A stretch of 62,939 nucleotides of DNA, counting the filler, from Reclinomonas americana ATCC 50394 (taxonomy: Eukaryota): the NCBI GenBank assembly GCA_048213135.1. It is 6 parts of 6 records of this genome, joined end to end, with 100 filler letters (N's around TTAATTAATTAA, not from the genome) between each part and the next. Parts side by side here need not be neighbours in the genome. Positions count along the whole stretch, not along the records: positions 33,214 to 53,134 come from AFZH01016937.1; 5 more parts are not named here. One strand, given 5' to 3'. Within the stretch, counting starts at the first letter, position 1; every line of letters starts with the position of its first letter. The notes beneath the pieces are model-generated. The model was not told the origin of the DNA and made no database searches. It saw nothing but the letters and a program-made list of their open reading frames with translations. The position numbers were made by a program, and so were the translations under genes. Below are positions 38,721-51,488 of this stretch, piece after piece.

Positions 38721-41326
38721 ATGAGTAAATACGCAACGCATGTGAGTTGGAAGAAGAGAAAAGCAACTTCACGTGTCCTTTGCATTTCGCATCGTGCAAC
38801 ATGCAGGCGCCGACAACTCGTGCGTCTTCTCTCTCTTCCCTCACTTTCCCTGTAGAATCCTCACTCTCACGCGCATCATCTCACAGGTCGCCGCGAACGT
38901 GGCAGCGGGAGGTACACTGTGCACTCTCTTTTCTCACTCACACACTCACTCATTCTCACACGTGCACACGTTACACAGTGCGCCCTCTGCGCCTCTCTCA
39001 TTCACCGTCGACGGCGACATTGTGCGCAACAACGCGTCCGTGCAAGATGAGGCCACCATGCATGCACTTGAACAAGTGCTGGAGGAGGCGCAGTCGACGG
39101 GCGCTGCGGCGGCGGCTGCTGCTGCTGCTGCAGCCGACACTGTTGCAGTGACGCATGTGCGTCGTCTCCTCAGCACTTTGCGCACACCAGTGGCGCGTGT
39201 CGCAGATGCGGCTGCGTGGGATCAAGAGGAGCGACGAGTGAGTCACTTGCGCATTCCCTCACTCTCCCCTCACTCTCCCCTCGCTCCTCCTCCTCTTTCT
39301 TCTCCTTCTTCTTCTTCTTCTTGTTCTTCTTCTCCTTCTTCCTCTTCTTGTTCTTCTTCTTCTTCTTCTCCTTCTCCTCCTCCTCCTTCTCCTTCTCCTT
39401 CTCCTCCTCCCCTTCTTCTCCTTCTTCTTCTTCTTCTCTTTCTTCTTTCTTCTCCGCCTCCTTCTCCATTTCCTCTCACTCTTTCCCTCTCTCTTTGCAG
39501 CTTCAATCTGAACCCCTGGTACCTCCGCCACCCCCTCCACCTCCCTCGCTGCCAGCACCGCCCGTCTACGAGGGCCTGGCGGAGCAGGAGGTGGTGGCAC
39601 AGCGTGGCGAGTTCATTGCGCGTGCGGTGAGCGAGGCGCATCGCGAGTACGTGCAGGCACGTCTCGAGTTGCAACGCAAGTTTGACTTGTGGCGTCGCAC
39701 CACCGACGCTGGTCATCTCATCGACGAGTATCGACGAAGTGTGGCGCTGTCGGGCGCTCGTCTCGTGCAGAACGTGCATCAGACGATGATGAGTCGCAAG
39801 CGACTGCGGCAGGTGGGGCACCTATGACATCTCTCTCCCGCGTGCGTGTTCTCATTGTGTGTGGGTGAGTACAGGCCATCCCCGACGATGATTCACGCAT
39901 GCGCAAGTTCCGGAGGATCGCTGGGCATGCCGACTCGGGTCGCCACAATGCGTGCCGAGTGCCGGGATGTGAACGACGGCCCATGCCGTGCACCGACTAT
40001 TGCTTCCACTGTTTTGTTACATCCCCTCCTTGTCTGCGTCTGCTGGCACCTGTCTCACAGCCACCGTCCACGCAACAGGTATCATGGAGGACCCGAACCA
40101 GCAGCTGTACCGGTACTGTGGCACGGCTGGTTGCCAGACGCCGGTGCCGGTGTTTTTCGACCCTCCTCTCTGCGCCGAGTGCCGCCGAGTGTTGCGTCTC
40201 TTCGATGTGCGCTACAACTTCTGGCTGGCTTGCTTTCTAACCTTGTGCACAGCGTGCTGTCGAGCTCTCGTGCACCCATGCGCTCGTCGTACTCGGAGGC
40301 CGATGCGCTGATGACGCCGCATTTGCAGCCGGCGTCGGAGGAGGTGAAGCGAACGGTGAATGCCGCGGCGGCTGGTGATCGACCGGGCCTCGGCACGGTG
40401 TGGATTGTGGAGCCGCGTGTGGAGACAATGGCTCAACTCGCCCTGTCCGTGTATCCACGCGATCCGTTCCGACCGTCGAGCACCGCGGCACACCAGCAGC
40501 CGCTGCAGAGCTTGTCGCTCGGCAAAACTTCCCTGGCGACGGTGGTCGGACAACTCCAGCGTGAGGCCGAGACCGAGGCCAAGATGCGCGCGGAACAGAT
40601 GCGCGCCTCGCAGCAGCAGACTAGTATCAGGCAGCGCCAGCTGCTCGGCGAGCTCCAACTCAAACACCCAGTCGGTGTGCCGTATGCAGGCGGCGGTGGA
40701 GCAGGCGCAGGTGCGATTTGATTATTTATGGTTGTTGTTTCTGCTGTTGCGACGATTCTGACATGAGCTGCAGCAAGGGGAGCAGGTACGCGGGCGCGGC
40801 GAGCGCCTCGGCGGGCCGTGGCAGATGACGACGACGACAGCGATGGTGGTGATATGATTGTGGGCGGCGCTCTGTCGGCCGACCGCTCACATCGGCGGCG
40901 GCGCAATTCCAATCGACTCGACTACTCCAAGCTGCTCGCCGGCGACGGCGCCGACGGTCTGGATGAGGGGGGCCGAGTCGGCGACGATGACGATCCGGAG
41001 TTTTCACTGGACAGGTCGGTTTGCGTGTGTGTATGTGTGTGTGAAAAGTAGCCCAACCAAGATAATGCTGCAGGGCCTCCGAGTACCGCTCGTCCACCAC
41101 CACCTCGATGCGCCCCACACCAACTGTCGTCCACGTACCTGCTCCTCCTCCACCACCACCACTACAGCGAGGCGCACCACGCCAGCCGCTGTTGCTGCTA
41201 CCGACCATGACATCGGAAATGCTCTCGGCGGCGTCCTCTGCTGCTCCGTCGTCCGGCCTGTCGCCTTCTGTGGTCGATCCACTGCTCGGCGAGAGCTCGC
41301 CACTCCTGCCCCTGGCCTCCGCGTAG
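38721..41326 (+). CDS. KANSL2/INO80D-like protein with zf-C3Hc3H domain
   Basis: CRVPGCERRPMPCTDYCFH..IMEDPNQQLYRYCGTAGC..PLCAEC; start and last exons tentative. Confidence 0.7.
39284..39470. repeat. (CTT/CCT)n polypyrimidine low-complexity tract in an intron
   Basis: Almost purely C/T trinucleotide-like repeats. Confidence 0.9.
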
Positions 41327-41686
41327 TTGCGTCCATAACTATAGTGCCATAACAGAGTGCTCTCGCTGACTCGAGATACAGTGCACCACCCAGTGCCATA
41401 TGGCACGAGAATGGTGTGCCCAGTGGAGAGAGCTCTCCGGCGTTGCAGTTGTCGGGTGCCTCAGCCACCATGGGCGGCGCTGCGTCACGTCACGTGCCGT
41501 CTCTCGAAGACATGCTCAGCTTGGGCGAGTAGCAGTGAAACAATACCGTGGTCGAAATATGGGCGAAAAAAACCTCGTTAATGTGTTTCACTCATCGGTG
41601 CAATATTTTTCAGCGAGTCCATATACTCTGTGCGTGGGTGTTGAGCGCGCGCCCTCGCACGCGGTGTGCGTCTCCAGGCGATCACA

Positions 41687-44600
41687 TCAGTACATGAACC
41701 GAGAGTGCGCCGTGTCAAGCACATCGGTTCCGTCGCCGAAACGGTCGATCATCGACTGCACCATGCCGGCCGGCGTGGCCGGGTAGTTGACCAACTCGGC
41801 GTCACCGCGAGCATTCAGGCGAGTGTTGGGCTGTACAAACACACGACGCGGCTTGCGCTGCGCCAGCACAATCCGTCGCAGGTCGGCAAACTGTGGTGGC
41901 ACACTGGTGACCTCGTCGTACAGCGCCTTGGCACTGTCAAAGTCGCCAATGCACTTGTAAATGTGCAGGCGTGCGAGGAAGTCGCCGACAGCTGGTCGGC
42001 CGACCTATGAAGAAAACAAAGAAGACACTTTGTCAGGCAAAACGGCCACTCTCCGTGAATAACATTGATCATGAAAATGCGGGCACGCACCGAGATGATC
42101 TTTTCGCGGTCCAGCTCAATGGTGACATCGTTGCCGACTTGCGTAATGGTGACGAAGTCCTCGCCGGCGTTGAGCAGAATGCGCAGAATACCAAAGCGCG
42201 CTTGCATGTGCGCCTGGTTCCAGTTGTTGGTGGCTGGGTCGTAGAACTCCAGAGCCATCATACCCGCTCGCGCCATGATCATCCAGTTCACGTAGAAAAT
42301 GTCCTCGGCCTCCTCACCCTCGTGGCCAAAGATCCGCAGAATCTCCTGCTCCACGCACAAGTAGATACCGACGCACTCGGCGCGGCACTCCTCGTACGAG
42401 GAGGAGATCACCGGGAACTTGGAGCTCCACGTCTCTGTGCGCACCAGAAGCACCAGTGTTGGTGCACAGGCGACGGCCACCAATGCTGCATACACAACTA
42501 CACACTCTCGCTGACTAACCTCCTTTCCGGTAGTAGCTACGGATCGGCTCATCGGTGAACGGGTTGATGACAGTGCTGGCGTCGAAGTTCAGCGACCCAT
42601 CCTCGGTCTCGCACAGCAGCTTGCCGGTGCCGTGGCCCAACAGCTCATGCAGGCCCACCTGCACCTCGAATGCCTGCCACGAAAAATGGATGAGTCTCAC
42701 TGTGTCTCACCCAATCTTCCCTGCGAGTTGTTTACCTGGCCGGCATACTGCTGGAAGAGCACCTGATCGTCCTCCTTGAGGAAGGTGACACGCTCGCGAG
42801 TGTTGAAGCTGGAGGCGAGCACGTTGCCGAGTGCCACGTTCTTGAAGCCAAGCGTCTGTCGCACGTCGTCGTAGTTGGGCAGGTTGATGCCCGACGGGAG
42901 GCCGGACGAGGCAAAGGTGAGCACCTCCAGCGACGTGAAGTCGGGCTTGGTGAATGTCTCCTTTTCGAACTCACGACCCCTGCATACACGCTGCGTCAAC
43001 ACACCGACATTGTTCGCGTGCACACGCCACTGCATCTTCTGAAAACGTACCACGGCAGCAGCGGGATGAAGCGCTCGGCCGAGGCCACCAGCGCGCCAAA
43101 CTTTTGGCTGACAACCTTGTTGACGACCGACACCATGCCCTCGAACTCGCCGCGCACCTGCAAACGCAACAAATAAGCGAACTGCGCAAGGCGGAGACTT
43201 GCTTTGTGTCAATACGTGGTCGCGCAACTGCCAGCGGATCGCGATACGACTCGATGAAACCAATGGTGGTCTCCACCGCTGGACCCACATCCTTGATCCA
43301 GAAGCGCTGCGCATCCTTGTGCTTCTCCACGTCGCCACCCTCAAAGTGCTCAATGTACTTTTCGATCATGGCCTTCTCGTAGTCGTTGGCTGTGTGTGTG
43401 TGTGTGTGTGTGACACACACGTCAGCAAGCAAGATGAAGAAGCTGCGCTTGTGCTGGCGCGACAAACCCGCATACTGCTGCGCCTGCTTCATGTGCTCGA
43501 CCACCTTGGACAGCATCGGCGAATGATCGCCCCACAGGATCATGATGCGCACACCCTCATACATGTGCATGCGCGAGTCCGATGAGCGGGCCGACGCCAC
43601 GTGAATGCAGTACGACATGCCCTCCAGCTCCGGATCGTGCTTCGACACGCGGGTGTTGTAGGCGCTCATGTTCTGCTCCTCCAGGAACTTTTGAATGAAC
43701 TGTGCATCCTCCTGGAAGCAGTCGGCCGAGTAGTAGGTGGAGATGCCGTTCTCGCCGAAACCTACACCGACGACAATCGTGAGAAGAGTTGGCCACGAGA
43801 CACATCCATCTCTTTTCCCACTCACCGAGGCGGAGCTCGTACGGATCCAGAGAGTACATGCGATCCTTGCAGTCGTACCACAGAGTCGACACCAGCTGGT
43901 TGCCGCGCAGCTCAATCATCTTCTCCACGCGATCGGGCGCCACCGACGGGATGAACTTGACGTCGCCAAACGACTTGTAGTTGCCCATGTTGCCGAGGAA
44001 GGTGGCCGCATAACGCAGGAACGCGTCAAACTCCTCCTCTGTCAGATCCTGCACGTGGAAAAAGCAAGTCAGCGACCACAAGCGCAGTTGGCACAGTCGG
44101 CAGCGGCCGGTCGCAACTCCACGACGAGTGCATCGCACGCGCAAGTCCTCCACGCCCTCGCTGTAGAGCGCCAGAATGAGCGCAAAGATCACCGGTGATT
44201 CGGGAGACGTCTGGAACAGGCAGATCTTGCTGCCTTCCCACGCCGCCTGCAGTTCATCACATCACCATCAGAGAAGAGAGAGAGAGATGGGCACGATAAA
44301 CGAACTTGAACTCACCTGCGAAAAGTGATGCGCGTACAGCTTCTCTTGCTGTTGACAACACAACGCACACACACATAGTGAGTATCCTCTCGCCCAGAAG
44401 CAGCGCGACAGGCACCCAGAGGGAACACGATTTTTTTGGGTTGGGCGGGAGAGTGCGTGTGAACGGTTGGTGTTGATGGCACACGAAATGTCCACGACTC
44501 ACACGACACGCACACACGCGCCAAGATCACGCTCATGATACACACACAGAGACAGAGAGATGGAGAGAGAGAAAGCAAGTGCAACATGCAACTCTGTCTG

Positions 44601-44782
44601 TCTGTCTGCGGGCATGCGTGCATGCGTGCACGAGTGAATCGCACTTTCATGCGCGTGTGTGAGAGATGGAGAGATGGAGAGTGAGACGCAACTCTGGTCA
44701 GCGTGTTGAACGCCGCCGTGCATTCGAGAAGCGTGACCTGCTGGTCGGGCGACACTTCGTATTCGTGTGGATTGATCTCCAT
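41687..44782 (-). CDS. DPP3: Dipeptidyl peptidase III (peptidase M49)
   Basis: HELLGH zinc motif, [41 protein letters not shown]. Confidence 0.97.
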
Positions 44783-45014
44783 CTGCAACGAAAGAGCGAG
44801 AAAAAAGAGAGAGACAAGAGGAGAAGAGAGCGTGCTCCATCAGTGAGAGTCCAACGTCGACGCTTGGTGCACACTACTTCACGCACCCTCTGCGCTGAGT
44901 TGGGGTTTTTTCGTCGACGCAGAGTTGTCAATCATCGATCGACCGGTTTCGTCTACAATGCGTTTTCTTCCATTTAAATTGTATGCTCCCTCTCTTTCTC
45001 ACGGCATCGCCATG

Positions 45015-48000
45015 CTACACGCTGGCATGAGTGGAGACAAAACCCTCCAAAAACACCGCCGTGAGGCCCTCGCCAGGCAACGACCACTTCTCGTACGTCT
45101 GTGCATCGTTGGCGGTGAACATGCGGACCAGTGCCGGCAGCTCGGAGCTGGTCAAATGCACTTGACGCTGGAAGAACTGCACGAGCGAAGCAAGTGTATA
45201 AGGCACAAGATAAGCAGCGAGGCAACCGTTCCCCACTCCACGCAACATCTTGATGCCGCTCAAACAGTGCGTACACAAAGCCGACTTTGCTTTGCTGTTG
45301 TGCGCGCTTGGCCATCTCGACAAACAGGGCGTCGTTGTCGAGGTGCGCTTCCTGAATGACGAGAATCACCAGCACCGGATAGAGCTTGCTGAGCGAACCG
45401 TACGAGACCGGAGTCAGCTCAGGCACCGTCGGATCGGCCATGGTCTCCATCCACTGGCGCAAGGCGCTCTCGTCTGCCGCCGGCCCGCAGAACACTTGCG
45501 GTGCCTCGCCAGGACGGATGGCCACTGCAAGTGGGGTGCAGCCTTCGGGTGCCGAGGCGCTCATGACTTGCAGCAGGGTTTCGATGGATTCGATCGTCGC
45601 GAAACGCACTCCACGTGTGCGCATCGAGCGTGCGATGCGATCGAAATTGGACTGCACATGCATGAGCACGCGTGGGAAACGACGAGCACGGCACGCAGAC
45701 AGACGCACCATAAGCGGGCTATTCGGATTGCCAACCGCCACGGCTTGCACAATGCCCTGTCGTCGGGGCTTCCATGTGCTCACCGCCTCCAGCGTCATGG
45801 TCTCCACCGGTGGTCTGCGTGGATGAGCGAAGGAAGGAGAACGACGTCAGCATCTGCTTCTTCCGACACGTAGAGAGAGCGAGGTGTTCTGTCACAGAAC
45901 GCAACTGCGTCATGCGCACACCAAAGGACAACAGGTCGCCCTTGGAGCGATCACCTGCGCGCTGCTGTGTCAGCGCAACACACAACTCACGCGTGTGAGT
46001 TGAACCAGCAGTACTCACCCTGGTAGTCCGTGTACACTCCATTGCTGCGCCATTTCAGCGTCGGGAAGCTGCGCACACCCAACTGTTCGCACACATCCTG
46101 GGCCACAGTGCAATCGACCTTGGCCATGGTGTATGTCGGCGGTGCCTCCTTCGAAGCGTCAATGAAAATGGGCATCAAGCTGAGCACGCACAAGGGAGAG
46201 AAAGAAGAGAGAATTGAGTTGTCTTGTTTCAGGGACACTGCGCAAAGGGATACACAATCCTCACCGCTTGCAGTGACCGCTGCCGACGAAAGCCAAATGA
46301 GACAGGGTTTAGTCCAACAAGAGATCACGCGCAGGCCCTCAAGAAAACTCACCACCACGGAGCAATGCTGCGCCGCGACAACCACCATATGAGAACAGGA
46401 ATCGCTGAGAGGAAGGGAAACATGCAGAGCACGCAACAATTCGATAAACCACTCGCCAGTGGCACTCGATGCGTAGTCGGCGCTGGTGAGCACTCTGACC
46501 TTGCTCGCAGCATCTTGCTCTTGTTGCTGCTGCTGCTGCGGTGGCTGGATGGCCATGCGCGTGGCGGAAACCACTTGCGCCGCGATCCAAGTGCTGACTT
46601 CGCCAAGCACAGGCTGTCCCTCGTAGTCGCGTTCCATCGGACCGGACTTGAAGCGCAGCGTGGGGAAGCCGGACACACGCTGCTTGTTGCACAGTTCTGC
46701 CTCCCCCCAAAAAAAGAACACGATACACATCAGCCCAGGCGCGACTTCACCACGTCAGCGGCAGTCTCTCCAACGACGAACCGGCCTCGGTGTCACAATC
46801 GATCCGACTGAAGCGCACACCCGCAATCTTCTTGTTAATCAGTGACTCGAAGAAACCGTCGACTGGTCCGCAGGACTGCCAACAATACGTAAGTCACGGC
46901 GACACCAAGCAAGCGAGAGGCAGTGTGCCATGGCACGAAACTGGGCACGGGGATATCGCGAAGAAGAGGAACCACGAGCCGTTGGCTGTCTCGCTGGCAA
47001 AATTCGATGACGTCAGCCGCTCGCCATGTACTATCGTCTTCACTACAGCCGCCGGCGGCGGCGTCGCAATACCAGCACTGCAGTGCGGTACAATTAAGCT
47101 TATCGCAATCAATAGAATATCGATGCACAATAGGGTGGGTAAACAACGCAACGCCGCGAGCAGGCTGTTGGCCTCGGTCAGCAGGTCGTCCTTGCTGCGC
47201 CCACGCGTGTAATCCGCGTACTTGCCGGCAGACTTGGTCTTCACAGTCGGGTACCCCTGCACATCTGTTCACCCGCCCGCACATACACAGTGAGCACTGG
47301 GAGGGTCGAAGCGCGCCAGTGTAGGTGCGTAACTCTTGAGACGGCACAGCTCCGTGTGTCGCGTGCAGTCGACCTTGGCAAACGTGACTCCGGGTGGTGC
47401 CTCACCAGCAGCCTCCACAAAGATCGGCATCAACCTACGAGAGCAACAGTGGGGGTTGAGATTTGCACACCGCAGACGTAGAAAATCACTGCGTTCCACA
47501 CCTCTGGCAGTGACCACTGTTGCAAGTCAAACAGAAAATTATGAGTGCGAGAACGACACGCGAATGGCCGAGATGGCAGAAACATACCACCAGGGAGCAA
47601 TGCTGGTGATGGCGATGACAATAACACGCAAGGGAGAGAAGGAGAATGACACTAGTCAGTGGCTACGTTGGAAGCAGTGAGACTGGCAGGTAAGTAGCAC
47701 GCACAATTCGATACTGCATTGAGAGAAAAGCAGAGGAACACGCGGTCAGCGCGCACTGCAAAAGGCAGCACGACGACAATGATGGCAACACATGTGACGC
47801 AACATCCACAGGCCCTCATTCGTGCGCCGCTCATAGTCGTCGGCCGCGAGGTCCACGACAGGTGACCGACCGCCTTCGGTGACAGGCACGTCCTGGTGAG
47901 GACTGGGTGCGGCCGACGGAGCAGGCAGTGGTGCCAGTCCCATCTTTTCACGCACAAACGACAAGAAGCCGTGTGTGGAGCGTTCGCTGTTAAATGCCGC

Positions 48001-50149
48001 GATCGTGCCAGAGGCCGGCTTGAAGCGGATCGTACTGTGAAAGATACTGATGAGTGCAGAAGGCGCAAAGAGCGAGCAGCAGCACGATCCGTGAAAAACG
48101 AAACGGATATCCCTGCACATTCTCGCCAGCACAAGTAGCTGCAGGCAGAAGAGGAGAGAAAGAGTGAGCGGGAAGCGCATAAGCATACACTAAGGGTGCA
48201 CTCACCGAGTTGCACTGTGCAGTCAATGCGTGCAAACTTGACATTCCCGACGCCGATCTTGGCCGCCTCCTCAAAGAACGGCTTGGCCTCCTTGCAGTAC
48301 TGCCGTCCAACTGTTAGCAGGCCTGCATAGAACAAAAGTGCTGGACCAGGACGCAACTCCACACCACGGGGCAAAGAAGAACAGGAACCAGTTGCCCGAG
48401 GCAGTCTCGGTGTAGTAATTGGCATCGGTCAATTCCGCGACAGATCCCACCAGCACTGGCGCCGACCCACTGCTCCCCGCACAAAATGAGTGCATGACAC
48501 GTGTGAGTGACGCACCGAGGCACACACGAACACACACCGAAGCTTCTCGGCGACAAACGCCAGCAAGTCGGCCTCACTGCGACCGCCAGTGTACTCCTCG
48601 TACACGCCGTTCTTCTTCCATCGCATGGTAGGGAAGCCAGACACTGTGCACGCCGAAAATCAGAGGAGGGGGACGTCAAGCACGCCAATCAGATATGTGC
48701 GCCTCACCTGTCGTGCACAACTGCTGCTCTTGCGTGCAGTCGACCTTGGCCATGGTGACTTCGGCGGGCACCTTTTCCGCCGCAGCCGCCCACACTGGCA
48801 TCAGCCTGCGCGAGGATTCCTCACACGTTACACGCCACAACAGGGAAGAGAACGAAAACATGACTCAAGTACGCACTGCTTGCAGTGGCCACACCAGGGA
48901 GCGATGCTGTGGGTGCATGAAAGGGACGAATGAGTGAGCGAGGGAGGAGACGGAGCATCGCACCTACACATCTGCGCACGTACTATTCGATGCTGTGCAC
49001 AGAAAACGAGAGGGTGAGCAAAGCTTGCCCGGCAACCAACACCTCGCTCACGAGCCACTCACAACCACAAGCCAGTCGCCGTCCGCGTGTGGTAGTCCGC
49101 AGCCGTCAACAGAGCAAACCTGGATGAAGAAGAGGCGGCCGGAGCGGGAGGCTGGGCTGCTGGCGGCGGTGGCGGCGGTGGCGGTGGCGGCGGAGGCGGT
49201 GGCGGTGGTTGAGGAGCAGATGGCGGAGGTGGTGGTGGTGGAGGGGGAAGCGCCTCTCGTTCCTCTCGCACCTCTTCTCCGACAACCGCCCTGCTCCGCA
49301 TCGGTGTAAGCACCCACACAGCATCTCATCCGTCATCCTATACACCCCTCCACGCAACGGTGCATACTGGCGAGCAAACCGCATCAGCTCCTCCTTGCTG
49401 CGACCGCTATTGTACTCGACATACTCGCCATCACGCTTCAGCTTCAATGTCTGTGCAACTCATGAGCGACATTGAGATAGCGACGGCGATGAAGAGAGAG
49501 GTAGCTGGCAACGCACCGGATACCCACTGCACAGCAACCGCGCACCACATGAGCGACACAGGCGAGAGAGATCAGAGGCAAACACAACAACGAGACGCGC
49601 ACCGAATGCCCTTGGCCGAACACAACGCCGTGCTCACAGTGCAATCCACCTCCGCAAAGTGCACCCCAGAGACACCCTCCGTCGCGGCCTCGGCATACGT
49701 CGGCGCCAGTCGCTTACAGTGACCACACCACGGAGCAAAGCTGCGCAACTGAATCAGCAAACAAAACACTCACACGCAGCGAGTAGAGAGAGAGCACATA
49801 CTATTTGATGAGCCAAACACCACGCGCGGTCAGCGCATCGTACGTGTCACCAGTGAGCAGTCGCACGTTGCGTTCCTGTGAGTGATTGATTGATGAGGCA
49901 AGGAATGCAAGAGAGAGAGAGAGAGAGCGTGTGTGTGTGTGTGTGTGTGTGTGTGCTCACCACTGGCACAGGAGCACCACCAGCGCGAGAGGCGGCCACT
50001 GCGCGCATGGCGGCATCCACAGTGGCCAGCGACGCCGACGACGCCGACGACGCCGAGTTCACATAGAACACAATGAGTGCAATGAGCGCGACTGCGCCAA
50101 GCACCATAAGCACACGGCGACGCGCGCCACTGCCCGGGCGCCACAACAT
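45015..50149 (-). CDS. Multi-thioredoxin protein disulfide isomerase-like protein: N-terminal TM, six a-type domains, b-type C-terminus
   Basis: Spliced active sites WCGHC, WCGHC, WCGYC, WCGHC, CPSC, WCGHC, followed by (V/I)DC and G(F/Y)PT motifs. Confidence 0.88.
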
Positions 50150-50265
50150 CACGAAACGCGGAGGAAATCACAATGAAAACATCGAGTCGACAGACATCGA
50201 TACAGACAGCGTTTCGTTGTGTTACGCGACACTACTTCTCCTCGTTGTTGCTCATCGTATAAGCA

Positions 50266-51277
50266 ATGTCGGATATCATTCGCGCGTTCATTCAAGGCGT
50301 GTCGCCTCTGCTGCCGCCTTACACTGCGGACCAGGGATGGCCGGCGTTTGCACTGTTCGCGTTTGCAGTGGCCAACGTGGTGCGACTGGCGGTGTACAAC
50401 GGGCAAAAGTCGGAGGCGACTCTGTGGGCGTTTCTGCAAGTGTTGCGTCTCGCTGCGTGAAATGCATGTCGTGAGGGAATCAAAAATCGTCACATAACAC
50501 ACACACACACACAGTGTGATTGCGGGAAGCACGGGTGCGACTCTGGCGCCGGTGTTGTTGGGTCGCATGCCGGCGTTGTTCACTAGCAATGCGCTGATGT
50601 TTTGGTTCATTGCCGCCTGGTGAGCATGTGGCCGCATTTTCGCATGCGCCTGCTGTTGTCTCATCGCGGGAGTGACGCAAGGTATCTGATCAACTTTGCG
50701 CCCGGTGACATTGTGTTCCACGTCACGCGCTCGCAGCCGTTCCGCGTCGTTGGTGGCATGCTGGTCGGCATGTTCCAGGCGCGCGCCATTGCCTCGGCCA
50801 TTGATCTGTATGTGGAGATTGAGGGTCGTGGCTACGTGCTGCCGTCGATTCTGTTGGGCGTCGTTGCGGGAGGCACTGGTGGGCTGATGGTGGCGGCGTT
50901 GCGCAAGCTGCGCGGGCAGGTGGCGGTGTCGGATTTGACGCGCCCGTCGCTGTTGCGTTGGTGTTCTATGCTTCCTCGTGTTGTTTTGCGGGCATTCTCA
51001 CATCCATCCCACACCCAGTGTGTACAAGGCGGTGATTCTGGCCAGTGTCATCTACGCGCTGCGCATGTTCTACGCCAAGCTGCTGCCGTTTATCGGCAGC
51101 TGGGAGCTGATCGAGGTCATGAGGCTGAACGCGTTGATTATGAGCTCGGCGCACCTGTGGTCGGTGCTGAATGCGCCCAACCCGCCGCCGATCGGTGTCA
51201 AGCCAATCGTCGTTGCGCCGGTGGCACCTGCGGCGCCTGCTGTCGACGGCGCTGCTGACGGCCTCAAGCGCGACTAA
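50266..51277 (+). CDS. TRIC (TMEM38-like) intracellular cation channel
   Basis: GATLAPVLLGRMP..FWFIAAWYLINFAPGD, GVVAGGTGGL, DLTRPS; multiple TM segments. Confidence 0.75.
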
Positions 51278-51488
51278 TCCCTCCAATCCCTTTCCCGTGA
51301 CATGCAGGAGGAGGACCTTGTCTCTTTTTCTCCGTCCTTCCTCACTCGCTTTCTCGTCTTTGCCTGCCTATTCCCCCTTGCCCTGCCGCGCTTGCGAGCC
51401 TTTCCCAACGAGGTGAAATGAAAAATGGAAATGCAATGCGCTTTTTACGCCGGATGTTGCGCTGCCACGACGCGTGTGGCGGCACGTC

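Noticed and set aside
39170..39827. Poly-Lys/Glu/Phe/Ser ORFs
   Set aside because: Translations of the intronic (CTT)n tract
41393..41406. 14-bp palindrome GTGCCATATGGCAC between convergent genes
   Set aside because: A few such palindromes are expected by chance at this length
47686..47697. TACTTACCTG on the minus strand, resembling the U1 snRNA 5' end
   Set aside because: No U1 stem-loops or Sm site follow; lies in an ordinary short intron
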